The notes: generated by a model from the letters alone, not told the origin. DNA of 24,000 bases from Patescibacteria group bacterium (GCA_022561335.1 JADFRL010000004.1:23817-47816); one strand, 5' to 3'. Counted from the stretch's first letter, positions 14,523 through 22,573 are shown. Numbers and translations are program-made.

Positions 14523-15152
14523 GTGAAAGGACATTATATTGACTGCCCTGACCCCACCGATTGCTGGTGCGAGGTCAGGCGGCTCTCTCGAGTAGGGTGG
14601 GTCACTCTCGCGATACTTATCTTCGAGATCATCGGAGGGACTGTCTCGGGGAGCCTTGCGTTGCTCGCCGACGCGGGACATGTTTTTGGCGACAGCGCTG
14701 CCGTCGTAGTCACACTTCTGGCAGCTGTACTCGTCAAATTCGGCACCCAACCGCATCGTGTGCGCGATGCCGCCTTCAGGATTAATATCGGGTTTCTGTT
14801 CCTCATCGCTGGCTGGATCGTGTTTGAAGCAATAGAACGCTTCCAGGATCCCCGTGAGATCATAAGCCACGTGATGATCTTCTTTGCCTTCGTCGGCGGT
14901 GTTGGCAACTATCTGCAGCACTATATCCTCGAAGGTGCGGCGGATGAGCATAAGCACAAGGCCCACCGTTCTCTGTCTCTGCATGTGATCTCCGATCTCA
15001 TACAGAGCGTCGCGGTGGTTGCAGGCGGTATTCTCATCTGGATAAGCGGCTGGGTTCTCATTGACCCCCTGCTCTCCGTGGGAATCGCTTGTTGGATTGC
15101 ATATCGCGCAATCTGTCTTGCGCTCGACCCGCACGGCGAACACCACCATTAG
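14523..15152 (+). CDS. Cation diffusion facilitator (CzcD/ZitB-like) transporter, membrane domain only
   Basis: SLALLADAGHVFGDSAAVVVTL (TM2 signature) and LHVISDLIQSVAVV (TM5 HxxxD). About six predicted TM helices. Ends DPHGEHHH shortly after TM6. The antisense ORF 14484-15170 is judged an artefact of high GC. Confidence 0.85.
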   Translation: MKGHYIDCPDPTDCWCEVRRLSRVGWVTLAILIFEIIGGTVSGSLALLADAGHVFGDSAAVVVTLLAAVLVKFGTQPHRVRDAAFRINIGFLFLIAGWIVFEAIERFQDPREIISHVMIFFAFVGGVGNYLQHYILEGAADEHKHKAHRSLSLHVISDLIQSVAVVAGGILIWISGWVLIDPLLSVGIACWIAYRAICLALDPHGEHHH

Positions 15153-15277
15153 TCCTGCGGCACCTGTCACGGACGGTGGCTTCTTTATCCCCTCCGCTGA
15201 CAGTTCATCAGATGGAATAAGAGATAAAAGTCAAAAGAAATGACTATTTCTGCTCCATCTCACTCTCACATAAGCAT

Positions 15278-15310
15278 CCGCGCCAACCATCTTGGTTGGC
15301 GCGGTTTTTA
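15278..15310 (+). terminator. Rho-independent terminator downstream of the CDF gene
   Basis: CCGCGCCAACC-ATCTT-GGTTGGCGCGG (11-bp perfect stem) followed by TTTTT. Confidence 0.75.
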
Positions 15311-15323
15311 TGTACATAACTAG

Positions 15324-15349
15324 CAACGGCTCAACGTGTTGAGCCGTTG
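15324..15349. repeat. Palindromic hairpin repeat, copy 1 (AACGGCTCAAC / GTTGAGCCGTT)
   Basis: cAACGGCTCAAC-GT-GTTGAGCCGTTg, 4 nt from the tRNA-Leu 3' end. The same 11-nt arms recur at 18297-18323. Confidence 0.8.
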
Positions 15350-15353
15350 ACAA

Positions 15354-15440
15354 TGGTGCCCAGGAGTGGACTTGAACCACCACAGAGTTGCCCCCACATC
15401 CCCCTCAAGGATGCGCGTCTACCAATTTCGCCACCTGGGC
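15354..15440 (-). tRNA. tRNA-Leu (anticodon GAG), type II with long variable arm, CCA encoded
   Basis: GCCCAGG TG GCG AAATTGGTAGA CGC G CATCC TTGAGGG GGATG [variable arm] GGTGG TTCAAGT CCACT CCTGGGC ACCA. Confidence 0.9.
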
Positions 15441-15454
15441 AGATGATACTTATA

Positions 15455-15931
15455 CTACTCCTTTTTTACAGCCTCCTCACTTTTACTTTCTATTTCACTT
15501 GATTCAGCTTTTTCTTCAGCTTCTTGCTCTGCTTTCGTCTCTTTCTCCTTCTCAGCTATATCACTTGCCGTTGAAAGACCCATCATTTTTATATGGCGCA
15601 TTTGTCGCTTGATCTCTCGAGCTGCTTTTTCACGAATGTAGTACAACTTAGCACGACGCACTTTGGACCGTTTTATAATTTCAATCCTATCGATCATAGG
15701 TGAATAGAGCGGAAAAACTTTTTCAACTCCCACATTTCCGGTTACTCGCCGTACAGTAAAAGTCGCTCCTGGCTCATTGCCGTGCTTACGCGCCAACACA
15801 AGTCCTTCAAATGCTTGGAGTCGCGTCTTCCCTCGCTCTTGAATTTTTTGCCAAACACGCACCGTATCCCCCGGCTGAACACCAATTCTTTTTCTATCTT
15901 CCATGTTTACTGGTGAAATGTGTATTGCCAT
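15455..15931 (-). CDS. rplS: 50S ribosomal protein L19 with an acidic/lysine-rich C-terminal extension
   Basis: [44 protein letters not shown]...[33 protein letters not shown] is canonical L19. Start uncertain (15931, 15904 or 15955). Confidence 0.92.
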   Translation of the reverse strand: MAIHISPVNMEDRKRIGVQPGDTVRVWQKIQERGKTRLQAFEGLVLARKHGNEPGATFTVRRVTGNVGVEKVFPLYSPMIDRIEIIKRSKVRRAKLYYIREKAAREIKRQMRHIKMMGLSTASDIAEKEKETKAEQEAEEKAESSEIESKSEEAVKKE

Positions 15932-16028
15932 ATTAAAACAAGTACGTTCTACCACGCCAAAATTTTATCCAAAAATTAAGTCGACCGCAGTGTACCACAA
16001 GATTATGGTATATGCTAATATACTATCC

Positions 16029-16784
16029 TTAATTTTCAAGCTCTTTGAGCGCATGCTTAAAATCATCCGGCAGTGGTGCCTCAACCTTTAACGTTGTCGC
16101 TCTGGGCATTGTAATCACAAGTGATCGAGCGTGAAGCGCAAGCCGTTTGAAGCCAAGTTTGCATGGTCGTTTAGGCGCATAAAGCTTGTCGCATACTATA
16201 GGATGGTGTAGGGCTTTGAAGTGAACACGCAACTGATGGGTACGGCCCGTTTTAGGAAAAGCTTTAGCATAGGTAAATCCTTTTCCCTTTTTGATAACCG
16301 TAAACTCCGTAATAGCCCCGCGGTGTTCGCCCCGTGCCCCGGGTTGAGCCGAGCGCAGCCGAAAATCTTTAGCGCTTCGTGCAATAGGCCGGTTAATGAC
16401 CCCGCGTTCCTCTTTTAGTTCACCATAAAGAAATACATTGTATATTTTCTCAACAAGTCTACTTTTAAATTGATCCTTCACATAGAAATAGGTATGCTGA
16501 TTTTTTACCAGCATTAACACTCCTGAAGTTTCCCTATCAAGCCGATGCACAATGCCCGGGCGAGAAATAGTATCACCCGATTTAAGAACCGAAGGCTCGC
16601 CCACTTCTTTTGATTCCGGATACTGCTCAAGCATCCAGGTAGCTACCGTATAGTCCTTTGTCCTGCCATCGGAGTGTATAACAAGACCTGCAGGTTTATT
16701 AATAACTACTACACTTTCATCTTCATAGAGAATAGGAATCTCCACCCTACTGGAAGTTTTTCTTTTTTCTCCGTCAGCATCCAT
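16029..16784 (-). CDS. RluA-family pseudouridine synthase (no S4 domain)
   Basis: VVVINKPAGLVIH and the catalytic HRLDRETSGVLMLVKN motif, plus GRTHQLRVH. Confidence 0.9.
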   Translation of the reverse strand: MDADGEKRKTSSRVEIPILYEDESVVVINKPAGLVIHSDGRTKDYTVATWMLEQYPESKEVGEPSVLKSGDTISRPGIVHRLDRETSGVLMLVKNQHTYFYVKDQFKSRLVEKIYNVFLYGELKEERGVINRPIARSAKDFRLRSAQPGARGEHRGAITEFTVIKKGKGFTYAKAFPKTGRTHQLRVHFKALHHPIVCDKLYAPKRPCKLGFKRLALHARSLVITMPRATTLKVEAPLPDDFKHALKELEN

Positions 16785-16835
16785 ACATCAATCGGTTTAA
16801 TTATACAGCACTCCTAACGGGGTGGCGGCTTCCCC

Positions 16836-17537
16836 TTATTTGCCCATACGGCGCTCACGACCGCTATACTCCTCGAGTATGTATTCAAATTCCTTCCTGT
16901 CAAAGTCAGGCCAATAGGTGTTTGTAAAATATAACTCGCTGTATATAGATTGCCACGGTAAAAAGTTTGAGAGTCTCATAGCTTCTCCGGTGCGGATAAT
17001 AAGATCGGGGTCAGGAATATCTTTTGTCCAAAGATGCTTTTCAAACTCCTCTTCAGTAACGGGCTCCTTCCTTCCTTTTGCTATAAGTTCATTAACCGCA
17101 TGCAGAATCTCAGATCGCCCCCCATACGAGAGCGCCAACATAACCGTAACGCCCGTATTGTGTGCCGTTTGCTCTTCTGCGTCGTGCAGAACTTTAACAA
17201 TAGTTTTGGAAAATCGATCAATCTGTCCTATGAATTTTATACGTACGTTTCTATTTTTAATCTCTTCAAGATCATTTTTAAAGGCTGTTTCAATTAATTT
17301 AAAGAGATAACTTTTCTCACCTTCATCTCGTTTCCAGTTCTCGGTTGAAAAGACATAAAAAATAAGGTTGTTTACTCTCCTGTCACCAGCCCACCCGATA
17401 AACTCTTTGAACCGCTCGTAGCCTGCTTTGTGCCCTTCAAGTATTGATAGTCCGCGCTCTTTTGCCCACCTTCGATTGCCGTCCATTATTACACCAATGC
17501 AGTCAGGCACTTTTTCTGCTTTGTTTCTCTGTATCAT
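16836..17537 (-). CDS. uppS: Isoprenyl transferase (undecaprenyl diphosphate synthase)
   Basis: IGVIMDGNRRWAKERGL, FSTENWKR and RTGEAMRLSNFLPWQ are cis-prenyltransferase hallmarks. Confidence 0.93.
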   Translation of the reverse strand: MIQRNKAEKVPDCIGVIMDGNRRWAKERGLSILEGHKAGYERFKEFIGWAGDRRVNNLIFYVFSTENWKRDEGEKSYLFKLIETAFKNDLEEIKNRNVRIKFIGQIDRFSKTIVKVLHDAEEQTAHNTGVTVMLALSYGGRSEILHAVNELIAKGRKEPVTEEEFEKHLWTKDIPDPDLIIRTGEAMRLSNFLPWQSIYSELYFTNTYWPDFDRKEFEYILEEYSGRERRMGK

Positions 17538-17539
17538 CG

Positions 17540-17815
17540 TTAATAAACAATGTTAAAACTTGAAAATGCATCTTGCGGTTTTCTCCATACAACGTCAACG
17601 TGGTCAATGTAAGCAAGAAGGGAACCTTTTTCCAGATGTGTTATAAATTCCTCCAGTACTTCTTTTGGACCTTGCACAATTACTTCTACTGAGCCATCGC
17701 TTATATTCCTAACCGTCCCAACAAGATTCAAGACTTGGGCCCTGCGCCTTACAAAATCTCGAAACATAACCATCTGCACTCGACCCGTAATACTGCATTT
17801 AATCTCTTGTGTCAT
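17540..17815 (-). CDS. acyP: Acylphosphatase
   Basis: 91 aa. ITGRVQMVMFRDFVRRRAQVLNLVGTVRNISDGSVEVIVQG matches the acylphosphatase signatures. Confidence 0.85.
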   Translation of the reverse strand: MTQEIKCSITGRVQMVMFRDFVRRRAQVLNLVGTVRNISDGSVEVIVQGPKEVLEEFITHLEKGSLLAYIDHVDVVWRKPQDAFSSFNIVY

Positions 17816-17886
17816 ATAACTATATTTCTTAATCTAAAGATACAGCAAACTTGTCTTGAATACGTATTATATAACGGTTCGCTTAT

Positions 17887-17913
17887 TTGAAAAGAACTCC
17901 TTTTTAGTATATT
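17887..17913 (+). promoter_or_regulatory. Candidate promoter for tRNA-Val
   Basis: TTGAAA (17887-17892), 15 nt, TATATT (17908-17913), 12 nt upstream of the tRNA 5' end. The spacer is shorter than optimal. Confidence 0.4.
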
Positions 17914-17925
17914 GTTGATACCTTA

Positions 17926-17998
<73 letters not shown>

Positions 17999-18011
17999 CT
18001 ACAAACAATGA

Positions 18012-18045
18012 ACCCAACAGGATGTGTTGGGTAATTTTGTTTATT
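18012..18045 (+). terminator. Rho-independent terminator after tRNA-Val
   Basis: ACCCAACA-GGATG-TGTTGGGT followed by AATTTTGTTTATT. Confidence 0.65.
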
Positions 18046-18047
18046 GA

Positions 18048-18064
18048 GCGGTGAGGGATTTGAA
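18048..18064. repeat. Inverted 17-nt copy of the tRNA-Val T-loop-to-acceptor segment
   Basis: GCGGTGAGGGATTTGAA is the exact reverse complement of 17979-17995 (TTCAAATCCCTCACCGC). Confidence 0.85.
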
Positions 18065-18296
18065 GAGCGGAGGCGGGCGGCGGGGTGAGAGCGTACGATT
18101 TCGTTCAGAGCCACCACGCGCTTGGCGTGTGGGACATTAGTCCGCATTTTTAATAAAATAAGTTCGAGCAAAGTTGTATAATTCCACCAGAATTAAACAA
18201 CTCCGCTAAGTAAAAGCTTAGAAAGCTCCTGTTCTGCCTTCACCCGCCTATCTTTGCGTACTTTAGGGAAATAGTTTAGAACCCGCAAAAGTTTAG

Positions 18297-18323
18297 GAAC
18301 GGCTCAACTCCGTTGAGCCGTTC
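18297..18323. repeat. Palindromic hairpin repeat, copy 2 (AACGGCTCAAC / GTTGAGCCGTT)
   Basis: gAACGGCTCAAC-TCC-GTTGAGCCGTTc. Same 11-nt arms as 15324-15349, with a different loop and a flipped (compensated) closing pair. Confidence 0.8.
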
Positions 18324-18336
18324 AAACTGAAATTCT

Positions 18337-18355
18337 GTGCCCCGGGGAGGAATCG
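18337..18355 (-). repeat. tRNA-Arg 3' fragment (acceptor 3' strand, T-stem and part of the T-loop)
   Basis: gtgccccGgggaggaatcg versus 18660-18678 gtgccccCgggaggaatcg (18 of 19 identical). Similarity stops inside the T-loop. Confidence 0.8.
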
Positions 18356-18610
18356 GTCAGGAGTCAATTATTTTCATATTCACAAACTCATTGAAAATAT
18401 ATCGCTCACGACCCTGGCTCACTCCTTACATCGTTCCGCCTTTCGATTCCATAGACCAAATTTGTGGTCACGAATCACTAAGTATATTTCTTCATTACAT
18501 TTAAAATCTACTAAGTGTTCTCGACCCCGGCTCGACTGTTTTTGCATTAGGAATTGCAAAAACATGTCTCCGCCCGGCACCAAGACACGAATACAAAGCA
18601 GTTTGTATTC

Positions 18611-18654
18611 TAAACCAAAACCACATGGCATTAATGCCATGTGGTTTTGGTTTA
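18611..18654. repeat. 44-bp perfect palindrome adjacent to the tRNA-Arg 3' end (likely bidirectional hairpin/terminator)
   Basis: TAAACCAAAACCACATGGCATT|AATGCCATGTGGTTTTGGTTTA, with 22-nt arms and no loop. Confidence 0.8.
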
Positions 18655-18660
18655 TCTTAG

Positions 18661-18732
18661 TGCCCCCGGGAGGAATCGAACCCCCATCCAAAGCTTAGAA
18701 GTCTCTTGTTTTATCCATTAAACTACAGGGGC
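18661..18732 (-). tRNA. tRNA-Arg (anticodon TCT)
   Basis: GCCCCTG TA GTTT AATGGATA AAAC A AGAGA CTTCTAA GCTTT GGATG GGGGG TTCGATT CCTCC CGGGGGC A. There is one A.G mismatch at 31:39. CCA is not encoded. Confidence 0.88.
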
Positions 18733-18867
18733 AATTAGAACATTATTATACTATACCGTTCGATTAGGAATCGATCCTTACAGGATCAGTACAGGTTGTC
18801 GATATTTTATCTCGCTTCACTCACAAAATATCTGGCAACCTTTTGAAACAGTGCCCCGCACTGCTTC

Positions 18868-18921
18868 AACCCCCATCCAAAGCTTAGAAGTCTCTTGTTT
18901 TATCCATTAAACTACAGGGGC
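18868..18921 (-). repeat. Exact 54-nt duplicate of the tRNA-Arg 5' portion (positions 1 to ~54), lacking a functional T-arm/3' acceptor
   Basis: 18868-18921 is identical to 18679-18732 (aacccccatccaaagcttagaagtctcttgttttatccattaaactacaggggc). The sequence beyond the T-loop breakpoint diverges (ctgcttc versus ggaatcg). Confidence 0.9.
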
Positions 18922-18999
18922 GTGGGGCGCAAAGATGAACGAGCAAGCCGAACCGCAAAAGATAATTTCTCATGAATATAGCAGTAGCACCTAATACAG

Positions 19000-19320
19000 T
19001 CAACGAACACTCGGGATGGGAGGGGCCACACGTTTTAACCGCTCAAATCGATTTTCTTTTTCCTCAAAAAATTCAAGTGTATAACCAAGCAGGGCCTCAT
19101 CTATTGTGTTACCAACTGCCGTGCTATCGATACTTTCAATAACAAATAGATCCCCTTTATCAATACGCATAAAGAGACGTACATTTAAAGCAGTCATGAG
19201 TACAATGACAACAACAAATACTATGAGAATAAATGACCAATCGCGATTCACATGAGCTATGTCTTCATGGCCGTAGCGAGGTGCCCTTTTCTGGAATATG
19301 CTTTTTATACGCTCAAACAT
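19000..19320 (-). CDS. Hypothetical single-pass membrane protein, last gene of the pil cluster
   Basis: TM helix WSFILIVFVVVIVLMTALNV. Lies 13 nt downstream of pilO. No family recognised. Confidence 0.55.
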   Translation of the reverse strand: MFERIKSIFQKRAPRYGHEDIAHVNRDWSFILIVFVVVIVLMTALNVRLFMRIDKGDLFVIESIDSTAVGNTIDEALLGYTLEFFEEKENRFERLKRVAPPIPSVR

Positions 19321-19333
19321 TATTTTAATTTAC

Positions 19334-19882
19334 CTATTTTATTTTTGCGGCAGACAAAACAAAGATACCGCGCCATTTGTCCACAGTCCCCTCCTCGCTC
19401 ACACTTTTACCGACACTGTTAAATTGCACTCGATTCAGGTCAATCCTGTATGGAAGTGACTCAATAAGAACAAAAAAATGATACACAGCTTCCCACGAGC
19501 CTTCTGCAGTAAGATTCAATTCAAGCTGTTCAATATTCTCGAATTCTCCTGTATCATTTTCACCGACTGTTTTAATGGAAACTTCCGCTCCCGTATACTG
19601 CTCGAGCCCTTCGATTACCTCAAGGAAATCCACAATACCTTCATTGCTTACAAAATAGCTATTGAGTTTTTCCCTGTCACCCTCTGTATCACGAATGAGA
19701 TTTTGAACACCTCGTAATTGCCGATCTACCAAAAGAGCAGAATCAATTTCACTCAAGATTACAGCGGCTTCTCTATTTTTCCCCTTAATTTGATTGTCGA
19801 GTATATAATAACCGGCGACGAAAGCCGCAGATAGCAATCCGCTCACCACTGAAAACTGTATTGCTTTTGAAAATTGAATCAT
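19334..19882 (-). CDS. pilO: PilO-like type IV pilus assembly protein
   Basis: N-terminal TM, a predicted coiled-coil and an alpha/beta C-terminal domain, positioned after pilM-pilN. ATG 19882 sits 1 nt after the pilN stop. Assignment rests mainly on context. Confidence 0.6.
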   Translation of the reverse strand: MIQFSKAIQFSVVSGLLSAAFVAGYYILDNQIKGKNREAAVILSEIDSALLVDRQLRGVQNLIRDTEGDREKLNSYFVSNEGIVDFLEVIEGLEQYTGAEVSIKTVGENDTGEFENIEQLELNLTAEGSWEAVYHFFVLIESLPYRIDLNRVQFNSVGKSVSEEGTVDKWRGIFVLSAAKIK

Positions 19883-19883
19883 A

Positions 19884-20423
19884 CTAAAACATGCCAATAA
19901 TGGTAAGAGTGAAATTAATATTCCTGTCTTGAGCTAAATTGGACACCGGCAATTCAACATCATCAAATAATGCATCCCGTTCAAGATTTTGAGAAAATAC
20001 AAGAAGGTCTTCTCTGCGATCTGCGACACCATTTATAATAAATCTTGCTTTATCCTCATTTTCTTTTTGATAAACAAGCCCCGTGAGAGTAACGGTACTT
20101 GGTTTATAACTAATAGCTGTGTCAAAAACGGTCCTCAAAAAAACTTTTTCACGTTCGGGTGAAAGTATATCGAGTTTTTGCTGCGCCTCTTTCAAGACTC
20201 TTACTATATTCTCTTGGTCACCTTCTCCGTCTATTTTCTTTAGACGCTCAGCTTGATCAACGGCAGCTCGTTTTTGAAAATCTGAAATAAAATAAGACGG
20301 AAATAATGTGACAATACCGATTATAGTGGATACCGAAACAGCACCTAATACTATGGTAAGCAAACGAAATACATAATCACGGCGTATCTTCTTCTTTTCC
20401 TTTATGGGCAGCAGATTAATCAT
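19884..20423 (-). CDS. pilN: PilN-like type IV pilus assembly protein
   Basis: MINLLPIKEKKK... (the INLLP start typical of PilN), then a TM helix and a coiled coil. Confidence 0.75.
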   Translation of the reverse strand: MINLLPIKEKKKIRRDYVFRLLTIVLGAVSVSTIIGIVTLFPSYFISDFQKRAAVDQAERLKKIDGEGDQENIVRVLKEAQQKLDILSPEREKVFLRTVFDTAISYKPSTVTLTGLVYQKENEDKARFIINGVADRREDLLVFSQNLERDALFDDVELPVSNLAQDRNINFTLTIIGMF

Positions 20424-20432
20424 ACATATCGA

Positions 20433-21542
20433 TTATTCTACGTTACGCAGTGCAAGACCAATCGCGGTAGCGTACGCAAACGAATGTCTCTTTTCAATAG
20501 GGGGAATAGTATCTTCAAATGAGAGAACATTTCCCCATACATTGGCAAGTTCTATTGGCGCCTTGATGAAAAGTGACAAATAATCAGAAAGGCCTGCAAG
20601 GTTTGAGCTGCCGCCACAGAGTATTATCTTTTTTATTTTACCCGCCTCGTCATCGTGCCTGCCTGTACGCGTGTTCCAATATATGTAATGCTTGTTTACC
20701 TCATCTTTAAGAGCCGAAACGGTATTCATAAGCAGTTCAAACAACTCCGTGTTATTTTTATACCGAGCAAAACCTTTTTCATTCTTTATTTTATCAGCTT
20801 CTTCTTCTGTAACCGAAAAGTGTTTTTGTATTGCGGCGGTTAAACTCTCTCCTGCTACGGAAAGTGTTGATGTAAACCGAAGGATCCCGTTTTCCACCAC
20901 CGCAATGCCGGTGCGCATGCGCCCGAAATCAACAAGCATATACGTGCCGCTGTCACCATCAGGTATAACTGACCGAGCAATTGATTGCGCTTCAATCTCC
21001 AGCGAAAGCGGCGTGAGACCAGCTCCTTTTAATGCTTCAACATAGCTTTCCACGACATTACGCGGATATACTGCCATATTTATATTGAGCTCTTCCTCTG
21101 TGCCTGTGCCGATAATTTCATAATCAAATATAGCTTCATGGGGTTTGAGAGGAACATTTTCCTCAAGTTTAAACTCTAATATACTGCGCATTTGCCCTTC
21201 ATTTTTTGATGCAGCCGGAATAATGGTTTGGAACAAATATACCTGTTCTTCAGGAAGAGACAGGTGCACAAAATCAAGGTTATATTTTTTTCGAAGTTTA
21301 GAGAGCTCTTCAGAAAATTTTGCAATATCTTTAATTTCTCCATCAACAACAAGTCCTTTCGGTATGGGGTATACCCCGAACTTCCCAAGTTTTTTCCCCT
21401 TCTTTGTGGCCGTGAGCTCTAAAAATCTAACAGAGGATTCACTGATGTCTATCCCAACCGACGGCATTTTCAAATACCGCGGAGGTGGAAACAGTCTTAG
21501 AATCTGTTTGCCCAATATATGTTGTACCGGAAACGCTTCCAT
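20433..21542 (-). CDS. pilM: PilM type IV pilus assembly protein (actin-like ATPase fold)
   Basis: VGIDISESSVRFLEL, MLVDFGRMRTGIAV and ILCGGSSNLAGL are actin/FtsA-like phosphate and adenosine motifs, in PilM-typical order and size. Confidence 0.85.
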   Translation of the reverse strand: MEAFPVQHILGKQILRLFPPPRYLKMPSVGIDISESSVRFLELTATKKGKKLGKFGVYPIPKGLVVDGEIKDIAKFSEELSKLRKKYNLDFVHLSLPEEQVYLFQTIIPAASKNEGQMRSILEFKLEENVPLKPHEAIFDYEIIGTGTEEELNINMAVYPRNVVESYVEALKGAGLTPLSLEIEAQSIARSVIPDGDSGTYMLVDFGRMRTGIAVVENGILRFTSTLSVAGESLTAAIQKHFSVTEEEADKIKNEKGFARYKNNTELFELLMNTVSALKDEVNKHYIYWNTRTGRHDDEAGKIKKIILCGGSSNLAGLSDYLSLFIKAPIELANVWGNVLSFEDTIPPIEKRHSFAYATAIGLALRNVE

Positions 21543-21609
21543 GGTTATTTTTGTTATTATACCGTGTAGCAGTCAACAACAAAATACTGCATATTCAACA
21601 GTCTACTTT

Positions 21610-22218
21610 TTACCACACATTCAATACAAGTGTTATTATCCAAACAACAATAATAAATGCCAGTACAAAAGCAACAATCGTAAAGTATTTAAACAACAAT
21701 CGAGCTATACGCTCGCCAAAGATATGGAGTGCAAATGATACTGCAAAAAATTGGAGGCCACGGCCGAGAACAGACGCAAGAATAAACGAAAGGAACTGTA
21801 TTTTTAAAAACCCTGCAGAAAGAACAAATACTTTATACGGAAGAGGTGTAAAAGCGCCGACAAAAATAACGAGAAAGGCATTATTGTTGAACCGAGACTG
21901 TACTTCCATCATTTCTTCCGTCAAACCATAAAACGAAACAATAGATACCCCCACAGTATCGAAAAAGAAGACCCCTACGAAGTAGCCGAAAATGCCGCCG
22001 AGGACAGAAAAAAATGTTGTAAAAAGCGCATAATAGAGCCACCGTTTGGCACCAACCAGCAGAATAGGAATTAAGAATGTCACAGTAGGAATGGGAAAGA
22101 ATGAAGATTCACTGAAAGCGACAAAGGCAAGCAGTGCTTGTGCGTGTACACCGTGCGCTCTTGCTATAAACCAGTCGCGGCTTTGAATTTTTATGGATTC
22201 AAGTTTCTGCAGAATCAT
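21610..22218 (-). CDS. YqaA/DedA-related (SNARE-associated, VTT-domain) membrane protein
   Basis: FVAFSESSFFPIPTVTFLIPILL and FTPLPYKVFVLSAG motifs. Polytopic membrane protein. Confidence 0.75.
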   Translation of the reverse strand: MILQKLESIKIQSRDWFIARAHGVHAQALLAFVAFSESSFFPIPTVTFLIPILLVGAKRWLYYALFTTFFSVLGGIFGYFVGVFFFDTVGVSIVSFYGLTEEMMEVQSRFNNNAFLVIFVGAFTPLPYKVFVLSAGFLKIQFLSFILASVLGRGLQFFAVSFALHIFGERIARLLFKYFTIVAFVLAFIIVVWIITLVLNVW

Positions 22219-22219
22219 A

Positions 22220-22573
22220 CTACTTTACCGTGCTCCCTATAGGTATATGCTTCTTTGGTTCAAAAAGTGAAAACGTATTGTCATCAGCAGAAACAGCTGG
22301 AATTATACCCTTGTTCTCGAATCCTCGAATTGTTTTTGGCCCCAGATTTGCAGCGAACAAACACCGTCTGCCAGCAAGCAACTCTACATCCTCAAAATAC
22401 TCGGCCATGCCATAAATAATTTGACAACGGATAGCAACTCCGCCATCATCCATCCCTTCCACCGAGTCAACCTCAAGGCAAAGCAGTTTATCAGTGTCGG
22501 AAACACGTTCAATTCTCTTTATTTCTCCTATTCGTACATCCAGCTTTTTAAAACCGTCTACTGTAGCTTTCAT
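22220..22573 (-). CDS. tRNA-binding domain protein (CsaA/YgjH/EMAP-type OB fold)
   Basis: FKKLDVRIGEIKRIERVSDTDKLLCLEVD ... GRRCLFAANLGPKTIRGFENKGII is the tRNA_bind domain pattern. Confidence 0.8.
   Translation of the reverse strand: MKATVDGFKKLDVRIGEIKRIERVSDTDKLLCLEVDSVEGMDDGGVAIRCQIIYGMAEYFEDVELLAGRRCLFAANLGPKTIRGFENKGIIPAVSADDNTFSLFEPKKHIPIGSTVK

Noticed and set aside
14484-15170. 228-aa minus-strand ORF fully overlapping the CDF gene.
   Set aside because: The plus-strand frame carries unmistakable CDF motifs. Long antisense ORFs are expected in this GC-rich patch, and the translated sequence has no motif and is low-complexity and charged.
16785-16835. Possible fourth copy of the inverted-repeat element (ctcctaacgggg upstream of the RluA-family gene, whose start region TTGATGTATGGAT matches the left flank of copy C over 13 nt).
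   Set aside because: No partner CCCGTTAG arm is present, and a 13-nt match is within chance expectation for a 24-kb AT-rich window. At most it is an unoccupied target-like site.
18046-18150. tmRNA or another tRNA-like RNA on the minus strand (ends ...TTCAAATCCCTCACCGC).
   Set aside because: The bases preceding the T-loop (CGCTC) cannot pair with CCCTC to form a T-stem. No complementary 5' acceptor strand or tag-peptide reading frame was found.
18679-18921. CRISPR-like direct repeats (two identical 54-nt units 189 bp apart).
   Set aside because: There are only two copies. The repeat is the 5' two-thirds of tRNA-Arg. There is no regular repeat-spacer periodicity and there are no cas genes.
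20655-21931. Plus-strand ORFs antisense to pilM and yqaA (20692-21045, 21145-21738, 21485-21931), and similar antisense ORFs elsewhere (12431-12802, 5042-5323, 5731-6290, 2155-2550).
   Set aside because: Each lies opposite a gene with clear family motifs. The translations are Ser/Leu/Phe-rich low-complexity strings typical of antisense frames.
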